Source: a virus. From it: a DNA stretch of 64,000 bases. Position numbers and translations under genes: made by a program. Location of the stretch: positions 64,001 through 128,000 of IMG/VR virus record IMGVR_UViG_3300020048_000024, one strand, 5' to 3'. The notes under the pieces were generated by a model, which saw only the letters and a list, made by a program, of their open reading frames with translations, did no database searches and was not told where the DNA came from. How positions within the stretch are numbered: the stretch's first letter is position 1; each line of letters starts with the position of its first letter. Shown piece by piece: positions 61,181 through 64,000 of this stretch.

Positions 61181-61467
61181 TGAGCCTAGGCTCAACGGCG
61201 CTAGGTTCAACTGTACAGTATTTGCCAGCCTATGAAATGTGGGCAAGTTTCGCCAGTGAAGACATGATTATGCAGTATCACACTATTACACAAGAGCAAC
61301 TCGAAGAATTTCAATATTACTATATATTTGATGTATTAAAAGGTTATAGATACGGCGAGGCATTTTGTAGAAAATTTAATATTTCTAATGCCAGTCCACT
61401 ATACTATTTTAAAGGTCAAGAAACTTGTGATCGCTGGATTCGAGACAACTATTTGGTGAAAGAATGA
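61177..61467 (+). CDS. Hypothetical protein
   Basis: Coupled ORF; start uncertain. Confidence 0.55.
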   Translation: MMSLGSTALGSTVQYLPAYEMWASFASEDMIMQYHTITQEQLEEFQYYYIFDVLKGYRYGEAFCRKFNISNASPLYYFKGQETCDRWIRDNYLVKE

Positions 61468-61973
61468 AAGATAAATTTGTAGATTTGTATATGAAACTGG
61501 CTCAAGATGTTAGCCAATTGAGCTACGCACGTAGACTTAAAGTAGGCACAGTTATCGTCAAAGATAATATAGTAACATATGGGTATAATGGTACACCAAG
61601 TGGATGGGATAATAACTGTGAGTTTCATGAGTATGCGGACAAATATGAAAAATATGATGTTGTTAGCTTTGATTTTCCGTTAAACGACTCTGATCCGTTA
61701 TCTGATGATGGATATGGTAGAGATACATGGTATCGATTAAAAACAAAACCAGAAGTATTGCATTCAGAGGCAAACGCTTTAATGAAAATTGCTAAGTCTA
61801 CCATTAACAGCGAGGGTGCAACACTATTTTGTACACATTCATCGTGTATTGATTGTGCTAAGATGATTTATCAAGCAGGCATTTTTACAGTATATTACAG
61901 AGATGAATACAAAAGTACTGATGGTATAGAGTTTCTTGAAAAAAGCGGAGTTGATGTTAAACGATACAAATAG
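61464..61973 (+). CDS. dCMP deaminase
   Basis: VG.VIV, GYNG.P.G, HSE.NA, C.DC. Confidence 0.92.
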   Translation: MKDKFVDLYMKLAQDVSQLSYARRLKVGTVIVKDNIVTYGYNGTPSGWDNNCEFHEYADKYEKYDVVSFDFPLNDSDPLSDDGYGRDTWYRLKTKPEVLHSEANALMKIAKSTINSEGATLFCTHSSCIDCAKMIYQAGIFTVYYRDEYKSTDGIEFLEKSGVDVKRYK

Positions 61974-62175
61974 TATTTCACTGTACATAAGTTTTGGTGA
62001 ACTAAAGAATGTAATTAGTTGGTGTCAAAATAATTGTCAATCTGATTGGACGTTTGATTATGACGGGCATTCATCAGAAGAACTTCTTCGAACTCCGGAC
62101 TCACATGGTAGTAACTATGCATTCAAATTCGATAATGAAGAAGATGTGACATTGTTTATATTAAAATGGAAATAA
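61954..62175 (+). CDS. LRW-tail family small protein
   Basis: WC...C...W; ends FKFDNEEDVTLFILKWK. Confidence 0.75.
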   Translation: MLNDTNSISLYISFGELKNVISWCQNNCQSDWTFDYDGHSSEELLRTPDSHGSNYAFKFDNEEDVTLFILKWK

Positions 62176-62199
62176 AAAGGGAACTTAGTTCCCTTTTTT
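62175..62199. terminator. Bidirectional terminator
   Basis: AAAAGGGAAC-TTA-GTTCCCTTTTTT between convergent genes. Confidence 0.85.
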
Positions 62200-62208
62200 A
62201 TTGACTGT

Positions 62209-63999
62209 TTACTTAGTTTCGGTAAATTCAGCATCTACTACTGGCTCATCTTTTGGGGCATTTTCTTTTGCCATCTTCTTTTCCATTAACGGTCCAATCG
62301 CGGCGTACAATTCATCTACTGACTTAGTAATTGCTTCTGAATCTTCACCTGTAAGCTTAGATTCAACTGATTCGATTGCTGTATTGATAGCAGTCTTCTC
62401 ATCTTCGCTCAACGACTCACCATGCTCTTTCAGATCACGCTTGAATTCATGAACTGCGCTTTCAGCACGATTACGAGCTTCGATCAATGTTCTAGTTTGT
62501 TTATCGCTTTCAGCATTTTCTTCAGCTTCACGTATCATTTTTTCAATCTCAGCTTCGCTTAGACCAGAATTCGATTTAATGGTGATCTTATTCTCTTTGC
62601 CTGTAGCTTTGTCTGCTGCTTTGATATGCATAATACCATTGGCATCGATATCAAATGACACTTCAATTTGAGGTGCTCCTCGTCTTGCTGGTGGAATACC
62701 CTCAAGATTAAACTCACCCAATTGTTTATTGTACTGAACCAATTCACGTTCGCCCTGAAAAGCCTTGATAGTTACAGCCGGTTGATTATCTTCAGCAGTA
62801 GAGAATACTTGACTTGCCTTGGTAGGAATAGTTGTATTCTTCTGAATAAGCTTAGTCATTACGCCACCCATTGTTTCGATACCTAACGACAGCGGTGTCA
62901 CGTCTAGTAGTAACACATCAGTACGATCACCAGCAAGCACTGCGCCTTGTATGGCAGCACCAGCAGCTACCGCCTCATCTGGGTTAACATCTTTACGAGG
63001 AGTTTTGTTGAAAAGCTTCTCTACAGCTTCCTGTACCTTAGGCATACGAGTCTGTCCACCGACTAAAATAACTTCGTCGATATCACTTGCTGATAATTTT
63101 GCATCTTTCAATGCAACTTTACAGGGCTCAATGCTACGAGCAATCAAATCTTCTACCATGCTCTCAAGCTTAGAACGTGTGATAATGATGTTCATATGAC
63201 GTGGACCACTAGCATCGGCAGTGATATATGGAAGATTAACCGCAGTTTGTTGAGCAGAAGACAATTCAATCTTAGCTTTTTCTGCTGCATCTTTAAGTCT
63301 TTGAAGTGCTAATACGTCATTCTTCAAATCAACGCCGCTATCTTTCTTAAATTCTTCAACTAAGTGATCCATAATACGTTGGTCAAAATCTTCTCCGCCT
63401 AAGAATGTATCACCGTTGGTACTTAATACTTCGATTTGTTTATCGCCTTCGACATTCGCGATTTCAATGATTGACACGTCGAATGTACCACCACCCAAGT
63501 CGTAAACAGCAATTTTCCTATCAGCTTTATCATTTTTATCGACCCCATACGCAAGAGCAGCAGCAGTAGGTTCATTAATAATGCGAAGTACTTCCAAGCC
63601 TGCGATTTTACCAGCATCCTTAGTTGCTTGTCTTTGACTGTCGTTAAAGTACGCAGGAACTGTGATAACTGCTTGAGTAACTTCATGCCCTAAATAATCC
63701 TCTGCTGTCTTTTTCATTTTTCTAAGAACTTCAGCACTAATTTGTGGTGGCGCTAGTTCTTTGTCATCTACACGAACCCATGCATCGCCATTCTTAGCTT
63801 CCATGATTGTAAATGGCATCATATCGATGTCTTTTTGCACTGCCTGTTCTTTAAATTTACGACCAATCAGTCTTTTAGCTGCATAAATTGTATTTTTTGG
63901 ATTGGTTACTGCTTGGCGCTTAGCACTAGCACCGACTAAAATTTCGTCGTTAGTGTATGCGATGATTGATGGTGTTGTACGAGTGCCTTCGCTATTTTC
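62209..63999 (-). CDS. dnaK: Hsp70 chaperone DnaK (5' end lies beyond the window)
   Basis: [11 protein letters not shown] in frame upstream of the listed start; [26 protein letters not shown] tail. Confidence 0.97.
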   Translation of the reverse strand, partial: ENSEGTRTTPSIIAYTNDEILVGASAKRQAVTNPKNTIYAAKRLIGRKFKEQAVQKDIDMMPFTIMEAKNGDAWVRVDDKELAPPQISAEVLRKMKKTAEDYLGHEVTQAVITVPAYFNDSQRQATKDAGKIAGLEVLRIINEPTAAALAYGVDKNDKADRKIAVYDLGGGTFDVSIIEIANVEGDKQIEVLSTNGDTFLGGEDFDQRIMDHLVEEFKKDSGVDLKNDVLALQRLKDAAEKAKIELSSAQQTAVNLPYITADASGPRHMNIIITRSKLESMVEDLIARSIEPCKVALKDAKLSASDIDEVILVGGQTRMPKVQEAVEKLFNKTPRKDVNPDEAVAAGAAIQGAVLAGDRTDVLLLDVTPLSLGIETMGGVMTKLIQKNTTIPTKASQVFSTAEDNQPAVTIKAFQGERELVQYNKQLGEFNLEGIPPARRGAPQIEVSFDIDANGIMHIKAADKATGKENKITIKSNSGLSEAEIEKMIREAEENAESDKQTRTLIEARNRAESAVHEFKRDLKEHGESLSEDEKTAINTAIESVESKLTGEDSEAITKSVDELYAAIGPLMEKKMAKENAPKDEPVVDAEFTETK

Positions 64000-64000
64000 T

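Overview
This AT-rich, gene-dense window is best read as part of a large lytic dsDNA phage (T4-like/jumbo type) rather than a bacterial chromosome. It carries a family B DNA polymerase next to a sliding-clamp-like gene, a T4-type RNase H, ThyX, dCMP deaminase, UvsE, a free-standing GIY-YIG homing endonuclease, a collagen-like fibre and many small early ORFs. Transcription signals are of two classes: near-consensus sigma70 promoters and T4-late-like ATAAATA boxes. Host-like auxiliary genes are abundant: ClpX, two ClpP, ClpS, Hsp20, DnaK, IscU, IscA, Def, bS21, Dps, Ugd, an epimerase, a sulfotransferase and radical SAM enzymes. Their sequences look proteobacterial, probably beta/gamma (inference). 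Most notable observations: (1) a circularly permuted two-piece tmRNA whose tag ends in LAA, in the same genome as ClpXP; (2) about nine proteins with a T4 capsid-targeting-like N-terminus MK(I/L)xE(I/L/F), including two kinase-fold proteins, an ART-like protein, a HExxH peptidase, a protein with a Tat signal behind a putative cleavage site, and possible polyproteins, together suggesting an injected effector payload; (3) a tandem array of variable small genes whose conserved 30-nt 3' end (VLFALRW) also supplies the RBS and start of the next gene; (4) a TGTTG-N8-CAACA palindrome fixed 7 bp upstream of the -35 box at four promoters; (5) several candidate RNA structures: an H-type pseudoknot leader, a triple WAUUCCA-loop hairpin array, and an RBS-sequestering hairpin with a late promoter in its loop. 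All functional calls come from motif reading by eye; no database searches were run.
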